Shown here in pieces: positions 30,423 to 41,424 of a stretch of DNA of 64,000 nt (positions are counted from its first letter, which is position 1; each line of letters starts with the position of its first letter). The notes under the pieces are model-generated. The model was not told the origin of the DNA, did not search any database, and saw only the letters and a program-made list of their open reading frames with translations. The DNA is from Enterobacteria phage T6: the sequence record MH550421. The stretch is one strand, 5' to 3'. Made by a program: the position numbers and the translations under genes.

Positions 30423-31267
30423 TAGAATGCTCCTTGGAAAATATTATCACCACAAGTAGGTCTATTATACAAATACTCTATGCCACCGGGTTTAATATAG
30501 TTCCATGTCTGAAACGGATGCGTCTGATATGGATGATATGGATGATATAGATTATAAGGATTAAATCCAGGAGTTCTCCAGGTAGTGTTCCAAGGAAAAG
30601 AATCGTTTTTAATCATCTTTTCAATTACATCTTTTATAGCTTTTTCACTATCAAAACTTTCTTTATTTTCCTTTGGTGAAAAAAGCTTATTCTCTACATC
30701 ATTCCATGTATAAACTCGCTGAGCAGTTTTTGGAATATTGTCACGCTCCCCTCGAGCCATCCAATAAACAGGAACACTTAATATTTCACTCGCATGATCG
30801 CAGTGGTGAGCGAGATCGTCGATATAACAAATTACGTTATATTTCTCTTTTGCCTTTTTGAACAACTCTTCTTTTGAAGAATCGTGACCACACATCATTA
30901 CTTCTGAGAAGGCACCAGGAAAAAGAGCATTCAAATTAAATTGACGATTCAACAGAGCGTCAATAGAATCACCCAATGCTGTAACAGCTACAAAATTATA
31001 ATATTCTTTTAATTTGTTAATTACACACAGAGCATCTTTGTATGGAGACAAGTAACGAATAAAATCTGAACGATTGTATTTTTCAATTAACTTGACGCCA
31101 AGTTCTTCATCACAATTAAAGAGTTTACCTGGAGAAATAAATTTCTCATCTTGGATCATTTTTAAAATATGTTCTAACGGAAGATTATATTTCTGAGCAA
31201 AATAAGGAAGGCCTGATTGCCAGCTTAAACATACTCCATCAATATCAGTTAAAATAGTAGGCTTCAT
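30422..31267 (-). CDS. HAD-superfamily phosphatase-like protein (30.2-like)
   Basis: 281 aa; N-terminal ILTDIDGV (DxDx[TV] motif I), later VAVTA and ICYIDD motifs. Confidence 0.5.
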   Translation of the reverse strand: MKPTILTDIDGVCLSWQSGLPYFAQKYNLPLEHILKMIQDEKFISPGKLFNCDEELGVKLIEKYNRSDFIRYLSPYKDALCVINKLKEYYNFVAVTALGDSIDALLNRQFNLNALFPGAFSEVMMCGHDSSKEELFKKAKEKYNVICYIDDLAHHCDHASEILSVPVYWMARGERDNIPKTAQRVYTWNDVENKLFSPKENKESFDSEKAIKDVIEKMIKNDSFPWNTTWRTPGFNPYNLYHPYHPYQTHPFQTWNYIKPGGIEYLYNRPTCGDNIFQGAF

Positions 31268-31722
31268 AGAGAGTCTCTTAATAGGTTTAACACATCAATA
31301 AATTCAGCTTCGGTTAGTATTGTATCATCTTTTGTTAGACCACTAGCCATGCTGTGCTTCAAAACTTTTCCTTTCGAGGCTTGTAATGCATCACGAAAGC
31401 CCTTGTTTTGGATCGCTGCTTCAAAATATGCATTTGTGTATAATTCTTTCCACGCCGGGGAATATCTTGAAAATGGAACTCCAAGCCAGAAGAGGGTCCC
31501 ACGGTCCTGAGCTCTAGCATAAGACCTTCCAGCTTGTTGAGCGGCAAGCCCGGATAACCCAAATATACGACGTTGTTGTTCAACATTTTTCACCTTGCAC
31601 CCTTGAAGGAATCCTTCTAGACCTCCAAATTGAATACCATCCATAACGAAAGGCCAATGGGCGAAATTACTTAATGCACATGATGGCCACCTAAAATTAC
31701 TTCTAATCTCTAACTCAGACAT
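31264..31722 (-). CDS. NADAR/YbiA-like (DUF1768) protein (30.3-like)
   Basis: About 152 aa from ATG at 31722; LSNFAHWPFVMDG and LEGFLQGCKV resemble E. coli YbiA FSNFAAWPIKVDG / SEHYFQAQKF by eye. Confidence 0.5.
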   Translation of the reverse strand: MSELEIRSNFRWPSCALSNFAHWPFVMDGIQFGGLEGFLQGCKVKNVEQQRRIFGLSGLAAQQAGRSYARAQDRGTLFWLGVPFSRYSPAWKELYTNAYFEAAIQNKGFRDALQASKGKVLKHSMASGLTKDDTILTEAEFIDVLNLLRDSL

Positions 31723-31921
31723 TTTCAATGCTTATAATTTCAACATCAGCCCAATGACCATAGCAAGGAAGACGAAATTCAACTGGCCAGTTAGGGTCCT
31801 TTTCTAATATAATAGACTTAACTTGTGGTTCTTCGTGTTCATCAGTATATGGATTTTTATCTGTTACTTTATATGTGACCTTAATGTACTGAATTCCAAA
31901 AATCTTATTAATTATATTCAT
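31715..31921 (-). CDS. Hypothetical small protein
   Basis: 68-aa ORF in 30.x cluster. Confidence 0.45.
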   Translation of the reverse strand: MNIINKIFGIQYIKVTYKVTDKNPYTDEHEEPQVKSIILEKDPNWPVEFRLPCYGHWADVEIISIENV

Positions 31922-32115
31922 ACTAATTCCTTTAATCCGTAAATAGGAGATAATTCATCACCCATACGAAGGTCTTCATTTCCATCTACCCAGGAAACAA
32001 TATAAGCCTCTTTTACTTGAACATCTCCCAATTTAAATGCGGGTAAAACCTTAGAAATTAATCCAGGTATACCAACTCCCTTTAATTCAACAGTTTGGCC
32101 TAAAAAGAATTTCAT
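31918..32115 (-). CDS. Hypothetical small protein
   Basis: 65-aa ORF; overlapping stop/start with neighbours. Confidence 0.45.
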   Translation of the reverse strand: MKFFLGQTVELKGVGIPGLISKVLPAFKLGDVQVKEAYIVSWVDGNEDLRMGDELSPIYGLKELV

Positions 32116-32402
32116 TAAAACCTCATCTGAAAGCCGTGTGATTTAACATTACCACCGCCAATATCAGAAATGTTAATTTCACGCGCAATTGAAGGGTCAA
32201 TGTCAATTTCGCGATTGAGTTTAGTGATAGCTAAAGTATCGCGCCCATTTACAGTACGAAACTCTAAAGGACAAACCACATCAACGTAGTTTTTAATCGA
32301 TTCGCTAGTAGGTTGCAAATGTGCAGGAAGGTCTTTAGGTGCCTTTGAGAAAACCACTTCACAAAAATTTTTGCGGGTATCAAAATAAGTAGTCATAAAC
32401 AT
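32115..32402 (-). CDS. Hypothetical protein
   Basis: Track ORF 32115..32453; start moved to ATG at 32402 (MFMTTY...) with GAGGA Shine-Dalgarno, leaving hairpin 32419-32434 intergenic. Confidence 0.45.
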   Translation of the reverse strand: MFMTTYFDTRKNFCEVVFSKAPKDLPAHLQPTSESIKNYVDVVCPLEFRTVNGRDTLAITKLNREIDIDPSIAREINISDIGGGNVKSHGFQMRF

Positions 32403-32442
32403 AATATTTTCCTCAGTAAGGGGCCGAAACCCCTCATTTATT

Positions 32443-32808
32443 TTAAATATCAAATTCGTTAAGAACTACATCAAAGATTGCTTCCAAGTGCTCAGGTTTA
32501 GCTCTGTTACTCAGAATATGACGAATCCAAGTTTTAACTAAGAGTTTACGATTAGCACCATTCCAGCAAGGATGAGTCCCTAAATCGCGTTCACGAAAAT
32601 CATCATCCAGAGCGATTTTAAAGTTGGAACCTTCCATTGTGATTGAAACCGTGATACCGTTTTCAAATCGCATATAAACGTAGTTAGGAGTCATATACTG
32701 TTCAATTTCGCATACTGATCCATTTTGATGTTTCCAAAGGCAGATGGTATCAATAGAACCTGCAATACCATTAGAAACATATTTACGTTCAAAGTTGATG
32801 TAGTTCAT
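32443..32808 (-). CDS. Hypothetical protein
   Basis: Track start 32820 is TTG; ATG at 32808 (MNYINFERKY...) with GGAG Shine-Dalgarno. Confidence 0.5.
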   Translation of the reverse strand: MNYINFERKYVSNGIAGSIDTICLWKHQNGSVCEIEQYMTPNYVYMRFENGITVSITMEGSNFKIALDDDFRERDLGTHPCWNGANRKLLVKTWIRHILSNRAKPEHLEAIFDVVLNEFDI

Positions 32809-32833
32809 TTTATTCTCCAAGATGTTTAATTGC

Positions 32834-32874
32834 GGTACAGGTATATAATATCATGTCCTGTACCAAAGTAAACA
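32834..32874 (-). promoter_or_regulatory. Candidate early promoter (GTTTACT-N17-TATTAT) with -10 enclosed by inverted repeat
   Basis: Arms GGTACAGG / CCTGTACC flank the -10; upstream of ORF 32443..32808. Confidence 0.45.
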
Positions 32875-32875
32875 A

Positions 32876-33208
32876 TTATTTTACTACTTTCCAATACTGC
32901 ATGTCAAGTTTACCAACTTTTTTCATCTTCTCAATTAAGCGTTCGGCACGTTGGCGAGCTATAACATAACACCATTCACCTAATTCATTTTGTTCAATTT
33001 TTCCAACGATTACTGTATTCAATTCATAAATCCAACCAGTAAAGAAATTATGAACTTGAATTGTAAAGGTGAAATCTGTTCCCATACCTTCTGTTGTTTC
33101 TACTTCAATAATATCACCTTCAACTGCCATTAAGAACCACATAGTTTCATTATATTTACCATTGAAGCATTTAGTTTTAACTGCAGCGTTCAGATTAATC
33201 GTTTTCAT
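32876..33208 (-). CDS. Hypothetical protein
   Basis: 110-aa ORF with AAGGAG Shine-Dalgarno. Confidence 0.5.
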   Translation of the reverse strand: MKTINLNAAVKTKCFNGKYNETMWFLMAVEGDIIEVETTEGMGTDFTFTIQVHNFFTGWIYELNTVIVGKIEQNELGEWCYVIARQRAERLIEKMKKVGKLDMQYWKVVK

Positions 33209-33232
33209 TTTATTCTCCTTTGTTTGTGTAAG

Positions 33233-33265
33233 ATAATACTATCACAAAGGAACCGTACTGTAAAC
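33233..33265 (-). promoter_or_regulatory. Candidate early promoter (GTTTACAG -35)
   Basis: Minus strand GTTTACA then about 17-19 nt then TATTAT upstream of ORF 32876..33208. Confidence 0.4.
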
Positions 33266-33297
33266 AAAACTTTATGCAATCTTTGGAAAATAAAAAA

Positions 33298-33315
33298 GGA
33301 CTCCCGAAGGAGTCC
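33298..33315 (-). terminator. Intrinsic terminator (minus strand)
   Basis: GGACUCC-UUCG-GGAGUCC hairpin followed by UUUUUUAUUUU on minus transcript. Confidence 0.6.
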
Positions 33316-33320
33316 TCAAC

Positions 33321-33497
33321 TTATGCTTTCTGCTTACCAAAACGAGAAGCATCATCTCGAAGAACCGCACGTGCTCGGCGCATGATCTTCTCAACAGTTT
33401 GATTGATACGAGAGTTCGACCCACGCTTGTAGCCAGCGCGTTTAGAATCACCAACTTTCTTTTCAACTGCTTTCTTTGCTTTAGCTTGTTTTGCCAT
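33321..33497 (-). CDS. Small highly basic protein (30.9-like position)
   Basis: About 58 aa from ATG at 33497 (MAKQAKAKKAVEKKVGDSKRAGYKRG...); track ORF starts earlier at 33539. Confidence 0.4.
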   Translation of the reverse strand: MAKQAKAKKAVEKKVGDSKRAGYKRGSNSRINQTVEKIMRRARAVLRDDASRFGKQKA

Positions 33498-33785
33498 TAT
33501 AAATTCTCTTTTAAATGAAAATGCAGGACTTATTGGCATTGCCTGCGCAAGCCCTCAAGGGGAACATAGGTTTTTGGATATTTAACGACCAGGATAACCA
33601 TAAACCCGTCATCATACCACCAAGACTTACACAGATAACACTTTTCTGACGCATGATAGTAACATTCAAGAGGTACACCGTAAAACTGCCGGGGTCTTAA
33701 AACTATAATGATTCGCAAATCATTAATCAGACAGTTCGACGGCTCCTCGATTTAGCTCACACTAAGGCAGTGAATCTCCAATAAA

Positions 33786-34034
33786 TTACTTCAATGTTAC
33801 CACAAAGTGACGAACTGCTTTTCGTGCAGCAGAAGCCAGAGGCTTAGCATACTTAAGTTCATCTTTTTCCTGAAGCTCAGCAGCTAATGCAGTTTGAGCA
33901 GGATTCAGATGTTTGAAATAACGCAGGATTTCAAGAGCTTCGGCTTCAACATCAATAGATGCGCCATAGTTTTCGTGACCATTATTCCATGCGTTTCGTT
34001 GCAGTTCAAGAGCGTGTTGTAATTGTTTAATCAT
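33786..34034 (-). CDS. rIII: Lysis inhibition accessory protein RIII
   Basis: 82 aa, immediately upstream of gene 31 region as in T4; MIKQLQHALELQRNAWNNGHENYG... Confidence 0.7.
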   Translation of the reverse strand: MIKQLQHALELQRNAWNNGHENYGASIDVEAEALEILRYFKHLNPAQTALAAELQEKDELKYAKPLASAARKAVRHFVVTLK

Positions 34035-34160
34035 TTAAAAATTCTCGTTAGAGATTAAAACTCGGTAGTCACGTTCTTCTGAATTTCATCTTCTTTCGAC
34101 AGATCTCTCAGTTGTAGACTACCACATAGAATTGAAACTCAATTCATATTATTATTTATA

Positions 34161-34496
34161 TCACTTATAAAGACACGGAATAGCTTTATAGTGACAGGTA
34201 ACGAATTTTTGTTTAATTTCTTTTGGCTGCTTAAGACCCAGAGCTACAAAAGGATGCGGAACATTTCGAATTTGACCAACTGGAAGAGAAGTCAAATCGC
34301 CAACTTCGCAGAAACCTTCAGGAACATCAGGACCAACAGAGTGAACTACACACAGTTCAGGAACTTCACCTTGGACACGTTTACCAATAATAAGTCCTGA
34401 TTCTGTAACTTCTTCATCACCAGCTTGTGCAGGTTCAGAAACTAAAATAACATATTCACCGACAGCACGAATTGGTAGCTGTTGTACTTCAGACAT
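34161..34496 (-). CDS. 31: Co-chaperonin gp31 (GroES analogue)
   Basis: 111 aa; [57 protein letters not shown]... as T4 gp31. Confidence 0.95.
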
Positions 34497-34526
34497 CGTT
34501 TTTCCTTTTTGTTAACAGATGAATTA

Positions 34527-34553
34527 ATAATAACAAATAATTCTTAAAGCATT
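34527..34553 (-). promoter_or_regulatory. Candidate MotA-dependent middle promoter for gene 31
   Basis: Minus strand AAATGCTTTAA (MotA box) then about 13 nt then TATTAT, upstream of gene 31 ATG. Confidence 0.4.
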
Positions 34554-34861
34554 TATTTACCAATAAATTGAAGCAAATGCTCAACTTTCATACCATTAAC
34601 GGAAATCAATTTGTCAATAGAAAAACCTCGCCATGCACCAAGCTCAACATCAAATACTGGAATCATGTCAGTAGATTCTTTCCGAGTAGATTCAGTCAAT
34701 TTACCGGTTTGCATGGTTGGCATAAAGTCTGCATCACGAGTACCTTTCATAATACGAATAGTACCATCAGACTTTTCAAAAACTACGTTTGAAACACCCA
34801 TGGACAATTTAGTTTTCAAAATTTCACGAATTGCTACTTTTTGTTCAGTCGTCAGTTTCAT
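34553..34861 (-). CDS. Hypothetical protein (31.1-like)
   Basis: 102-aa ORF; conserved position. Confidence 0.55.
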   Translation of the reverse strand: MKLTTEQKVAIREILKTKLSMGVSNVVFEKSDGTIRIMKGTRDADFMPTMQTGKLTESTRKESTDMIPVFDVELGAWRGFSIDKLISVNGMKVEHLLQFIGK

Positions 34862-35098
34862 TTATTTACCTATTACAGTTTTAATATGAGTTGTTCCACG
34901 TTCTTTAAGGGTGGAAAGTAATTTTTGGCATTTTTCTAAATCAGATTTCCAACTATACGGTCTATCAATACTAGTCCAATCAGTTTTATAATACTGTTTC
35001 CATTTAGAGAAAAAATATTTCTTATACTCTACAGCAAATGAGATGTTCTCGTTAGAATAAGAACTAATTGCTGTGAGCTTTACCAAACGAAATTTCAT
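34862..35098 (-). CDS. Hypothetical protein (31.2-like)
   Basis: 78-aa ORF; start overlaps cd stop. Confidence 0.5.
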   Translation of the reverse strand: MKFRLVKLTAISSYSNENISFAVEYKKYFFSKWKQYYKTDWTSIDRPYSWKSDLEKCQKLLSTLKERGTTHIKTVIGK

Positions 35099-35679
35099 TA
35101 TTCACCACAGAATTCGTTGATATTTTCCCAGTTTAACTTATTCAAGTTTTTCTTAGGAACATTAAACACTTCAATACCTGCATTTCGCAGAATATCATCC
35201 CAACCAGGTTTATTTTTATCGTATGTTTCGCAATAAACCAGTTTTTTAATTCCAGATTGAGCTATCGCTTTTGCGCAATCTGGACATGGAGAAAGTGTTA
35301 CATACATAGTAGCACCTTCAATAGAAGAACCATTTCGTGCAGCAAACAAAATTGCATTTAGTTCAGCATGAATTTCATTTTTAGATGACCATTCCGAGTG
35401 AGCACTACGATGTTCTTTCGCCAAGACAAAGCGATCAGTTGAACCAAATGATACGCATTCAGACTTATGACCTTGAATGATAGTATGTTTAGGCTTATTC
35501 AACAACCAACCTTGCTCAGCAGCATAATCACAACAGTTCACACCCCCTGCCGGAGAACCATTATATCCAGTAGAAATAATACGTCCATTCTTTTCAATTA
35601 CTGCTCCTACCTTCCAGGAGCAACATTTTGATTCCTGCGATACTAAATATGCAATTTGAAGTACTGTACTCGCTTTCAT
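35098..35679 (-). CDS. cd: dCMP deaminase
   Basis: 193 aa; zinc-binding HAELNAI...PCPDCAKAI motifs. Confidence 0.95.
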   Translation of the reverse strand: MKASTVLQIAYLVSQESKCCSWKVGAVIEKNGRIISTGYNGSPAGGVNCCDYAAEQGWLLNKPKHTIIQGHKSECVSFGSTDRFVLAKEHRSAHSEWSSKNEIHAELNAILFAARNGSSIEGATMYVTLSPCPDCAKAIAQSGIKKLVYCETYDKNKPGWDDILRNAGIEVFNVPKKNLNKLNWENINEFCGE

Positions 35680-36014
35680 TTCATAATCACCAGATAAGCA
35701 GATTTAGCGGTTTCAACACGATAAATTTCGTGACGAAGTTTAGTTATACTTTTAATAACAGAACTAATTATATTCTGCCCATCTTTAAAGCGGTTTTTCT
35801 TATCAATAAAAACTGCGCCAGTCATCTTTTTGTGAAGCTCAACTGGATACTTCGTCACAATAATAGCATCATACACAGAAGGATGAATACTATTCACTAG
35901 AGTATCATTCATTAAAGTTATTCTAATGAACTTTGCTGTTTCAGAATCAAGCGCTCTATGATCGCCAGTATCATTTTCAAGACAATTATCAATTATATCA
36001 GTTAAATTCATCAT
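35676..36014 (-). CDS. Hypothetical protein (cd.1-like)
   Basis: 112-aa ORF, overlapping stop/start. Confidence 0.5.
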   Translation of the reverse strand: MMNLTDIIDNCLENDTGDHRALDSETAKFIRITLMNDTLVNSIHPSVYDAIIVTKYPVELHKKMTGAVFIDKKNRFKDGQNIISSVIKSITKLRHEIYRVETAKSAYLVIMK

Positions 36015-36247
36015 AGTACGCCATACACCCTTTGTGCTTCAACTAATCCATCAAAATCCAGTTTAAGATGCGATATTTGATCGCCATCACCTGGATTCAC
36101 AATTACTAATACTGAACGAGGAGTTTCAGTAATAACACGAACCGATGTTTCAGGAAATCGTTCAGAAACCTTATTTACTAATTCCTGTGCAAATAGTTTA
36201 ACTTTTTCTTGGAATTCTTTAACAGTAATTGGTTTTTCACTTAGCAT
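36011..36247 (-). CDS. Hypothetical protein (cd.2-like)
   Basis: 78-aa ORF. Confidence 0.5.
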   Translation of the reverse strand: MLSEKPITVKEFQEKVKLFAQELVNKVSERFPETSVRVITETPRSVLVIVNPGDGDQISHLKLDFDGLVEAQRVYGVL

Positions 36248-36768
36248 GTTGATCCCAGCTCCTTACTTTCAACGTTTTTAACTAATTTGACAGAAACTAA
36301 TTCAGCATCTTGAGTAATCATTACCGGACCTTCTTCATACTCTTCAAGATATTCTAGAGCTTTCTTTTTAGCTTCTTCCTTCGTATCAGTTTGAGCATAG
36401 ATATAAAACATACAACCAGTAATACCTACTACTTTCCACTTAATTTCTTTATCAGTTTTAATTTCAAATTTACTGACAGAATCATCTTTTTGAACTTCTT
36501 CGAAAAAAGAATATTCTAACATATAAGCAATTGAAAATAACGGGCTAACTTTATAGGATTCGCCCATTACATCAACAGCTTTATACCAGCAGTCATCAAT
36601 TTCGCGTTTAATGCTAATAACATTCTTTGCAGGGTCAATTTTTACTTTAAATGAATTTTCCCCAATAAACTGGGCAATTCGTTTATTAGCCCCGCAAGTT
36701 TCATTAAAAATATCTTTATAGCCAGTTTTAAAGCGATAAACCTTATCTTCTTCAAACCATTCGCTCAT
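36241..36768 (-). CDS. Hypothetical protein (cd.3-like)
   Basis: 175-aa ORF. Confidence 0.5.
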   Translation of the reverse strand: MSEWFEEDKVYRFKTGYKDIFNETCGANKRIAQFIGENSFKVKIDPAKNVISIKREIDDCWYKAVDVMGESYKVSPLFSIAYMLEYSFFEEVQKDDSVSKFEIKTDKEIKWKVVGITGCMFYIYAQTDTKEEAKKKALEYLEEYEEGPVMITQDAELVSVKLVKNVESKELGSTC

Positions 36769-36789
36769 TTCAATTTCCTCATTTGTTTT

Positions 36790-36828
36790 GGTAGAGCTAT
36801 AATATCACAACTCTACCGTAAAGTAAAC
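36790..36828 (-). promoter_or_regulatory. Candidate early promoter (GTTTACT-N17-TATTAT) with -10 enclosed by inverted repeat
   Basis: Arms GGTAGAG / CTCTACC flank the -10; upstream of ORF 36241..36768. Confidence 0.45.
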
Positions 36829-36830
36829 CA

Positions 36831-37106
36831 TTAAATCGCTTTGAATTCCGCAGTTTGAGATTCAAAGCGAATGTCGCCTTTGATAACTAGCTCAGCATCA
36901 AGACCGAATACAACAATGATATGCGCGGAACCTGGATACAACGTAATGGCAATAGAATCCACCTGGTCTGGAAGCAAAGTGTTCAATACATGAGTCACTT
37001 GAGCGTGGATTCGAAGCTCAGCTGCATTATCAAGTTTTTCAAACATATTATTAGCGATAATTTGGCTAAACACTACTTCTACGATTTTAGAGTAAGTCGG
37101 AAACAT
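36831..37106 (-). CDS. Hypothetical protein (cd.4-like)
   Basis: 91-aa track ORF; my hand reading of this stretch disagrees with the track by 1 nt, track coordinates kept. Confidence 0.45.
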   Translation of the reverse strand: MFPTYSKIVEVVFSQIIANNMFEKLDNAAELRIHAQVTHVLNTLLPDQVDSIAITLYPGSAHIIVVFGLDAELVIKGDIRFESQTAEFKAI

Positions 37107-37170
37107 ATTTACCTCACATAATTTTCTTCAAGCCAATTAATAATATCCCAAGTTTCATGGTGCCAAGCCA

Positions 37171-38374
<1,204 letters not shown>

Positions 38375-38378
<4 letters not shown>

Positions 38379-38605
38379 TTATTTTTCTCAACTAATGATT
38401 GAATATAATCATGCAGGTCTTTAGATGCTTTACCCCACTTATTTTGATATTCATTTTTGAGATTAGCACGTGATTGAGCTAATAAAACATCATTAGTTGG
38501 AGGTAAAGATTCCAACCGCTGAATCTGGCGTCCATAAATCATTGCAGCCATCTCGGATTCATAAATCAATCCTTTGAGATGCTCAAATTGATGCCATGAA
38601 ATCAT
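38375..38605 (-). CDS. Hypothetical protein
   Basis: 76-aa ORF. Confidence 0.45.
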
Positions 38606-38901
38606 TTACATTTATCCTCTTTTAACTCTTGACGATAATAACATATCATAGTTTTCTGGTCATGTACATATCGTTTTACATCATTAAGCCAAATACGAAA
38701 TTCCTGAGAATCTTCAAATGGCATACCGACCCAAGCTTTACCATCAATAACTTTAACTTGCCAAGATAGTTTAGCTTCATCATATGACTTTATCTGTACA
38801 GGCCAATTAGGATGAACTGTTTCTTTCTTTACTTCTAGAGGCTTTGTCGAACAACCAACTAGAAGACCAATAGATAATATTACTGCTGATAGTTTAATCA
38901 T
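38602..38901 (-). CDS. Outer-membrane spanin (lipoprotein, Rz1 equivalent)
   Basis: 99 aa; signal peptide with lipobox LLVGC; adjacent to and overlapping the i-spanin candidate. Confidence 0.6.
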   Translation of the reverse strand: MIKLSAVILSIGLLVGCSTKPLEVKKETVHPNWPVQIKSYDEAKLSWQVKVIDGKAWVGMPFEDSQEFRIWLNDVKRYVHDQKTMICYYRQELKEDKCK

Positions 38902-39251
38902 TTAGAAAGGTCCTGGATGTCTTCTGCGAACTTGTTGAAGGAGTTGTTGATTTGTTTTTCAACCAATCCTGGCTTATGAGCCACCACATCCGCCTTCTTT
39001 GCGTCTTTGCGCAGTTTTTCATTTTCACGCTCAATAGCAGCAATTGCCTCACGATTTTTATTATTCATCGCATCAATATAATTATACTGAATTCGCAAAT
39101 TATTTAATGCTAAAGCGTTTTCATTGGCTGTTTTTGTAATTTCAGTAACTGATGTTTCTAATCTTTCTACCTTATTTTTTAAAATAATAGATGTTCCGCC
39201 CAATGCTATTACAATTAATAGCAAACCTGCTGTCGTATTACTTAATTGCAT
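38898..39251 (-). CDS. Inner-membrane spanin (Rz equivalent)
   Basis: 117 aa; N-terminal hydrophobic helix GLLLIVIALGGTSIIL then long predicted coiled coil. Confidence 0.6.
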   Translation of the reverse strand: MQLSNTTAGLLLIVIALGGTSIILKNKVERLETSVTEITKTANENALALNNLRIQYNYIDAMNNKNREAIAAIERENEKLRKDAKKADVVAHKPGLVEKQINNSFNKFAEDIQDLSK

Positions 39252-39748
39252 AAAGTTTTAATAACCTCTATAATATCGTCTTGAGAAAGACCGTTAATTA
39301 AAATATGATGTTCAGCTGGAGATTTAGAAATTTTAAAGCATGCCTCAACATCTTCTGCCATATCTGATGCACTACGATTTGGATTACTAATTCCAAGACG
39401 ATGCTTTCCAGTCAAAGGATTAACGATGATATAGCATTTACAACTATTGATATGAACATTAGGTTGAGTCTGATTAATAAATACATCACAATCATATTTC
39501 GCAAGCTGATTTTCTAAAAAGACTTTCATCTCTTCAACCGCATCAGGAAGCATATCACGGGCTTGCTCAAGACGACGATTTCGATATTCTTTAATGGTCG
39601 TTTTCCGCTTGACTTGCTTAGCTAAATCTTTCTTAAGATCGGTGATATATCCAACTCGACGGTTTCCTTTGAATACAGAAATCCCATCTGTAGTATCACC
39701 GTATGCTTCAACGACCATTTCAGTAGTAATAAGCTGCAAATCCATCAT
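39242..39748 (-). CDS. alc: Alc, inhibitor of host transcription
   Basis: 168-aa ORF at conserved position between spanins and rnlA. Confidence 0.75.
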   Translation of the reverse strand: MMDLQLITTEMVVEAYGDTTDGISVFKGNRRVGYITDLKKDLAKQVKRKTTIKEYRNRRLEQARDMLPDAVEEMKVFLENQLAKYDCDVFINQTQPNVHINSCKCYIIVNPLTGKHRLGISNPNRSASDMAEDVEACFKISKSPAEHHILINGLSQDDIIEVIKTLCN

Positions 39749-39809
39749 AAAGTCCTCATGTTATGTCAGTAAGACTACTGTAACACAACAAGAGGGACTT
39801 GTAAACAGC
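39749..39809 (-). promoter_or_regulatory. Candidate early promoter with leader for alc (paralogous to element at 24241..24301)
   Basis: Minus strand GTTTACAAGTCCCTCTTGTTGTGTTACAGTAGTCTTACTGACATAACATGAGGACTTTATG; about 90 percent identical to the alt.-3 upstream element. Confidence 0.5.
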
Positions 39810-41397
<1,588 letters not shown>

Positions 41398-41404
41398 AAT
41401 AAAA

Positions 41405-41420
41405 TGGGCCTTGCGGCCCA
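41405..41420 (-). promoter_or_regulatory. Hairpin between Shine-Dalgarno and start codon of denA (split ribosome-binding site)
   Basis: UGGGCC-GCAA-GGCCCA hairpin lies between AAGGAG (41421-41426) and ATG (41397); folding would shorten the SD-AUG spacing from about 23 nt to about 7 nt. Confidence 0.45.
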
Positions 41421-41424
41421 CTCC

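Noticed and set aside
33530-33718. 62-aa minus-strand ORF in the rIII-downstream gap
   Set aside because: No Shine-Dalgarno, Cys/Trp/Tyr-rich composition atypical for a phage protein, and it overlaps the predicted start of the next gene; treated as non-coding.
33540-33785. Possible tRNA in the non-coding gap (TTCGA-like segment)
   Set aside because: No acceptor stem or anticodon arm could be built around it; no cloverleaf.
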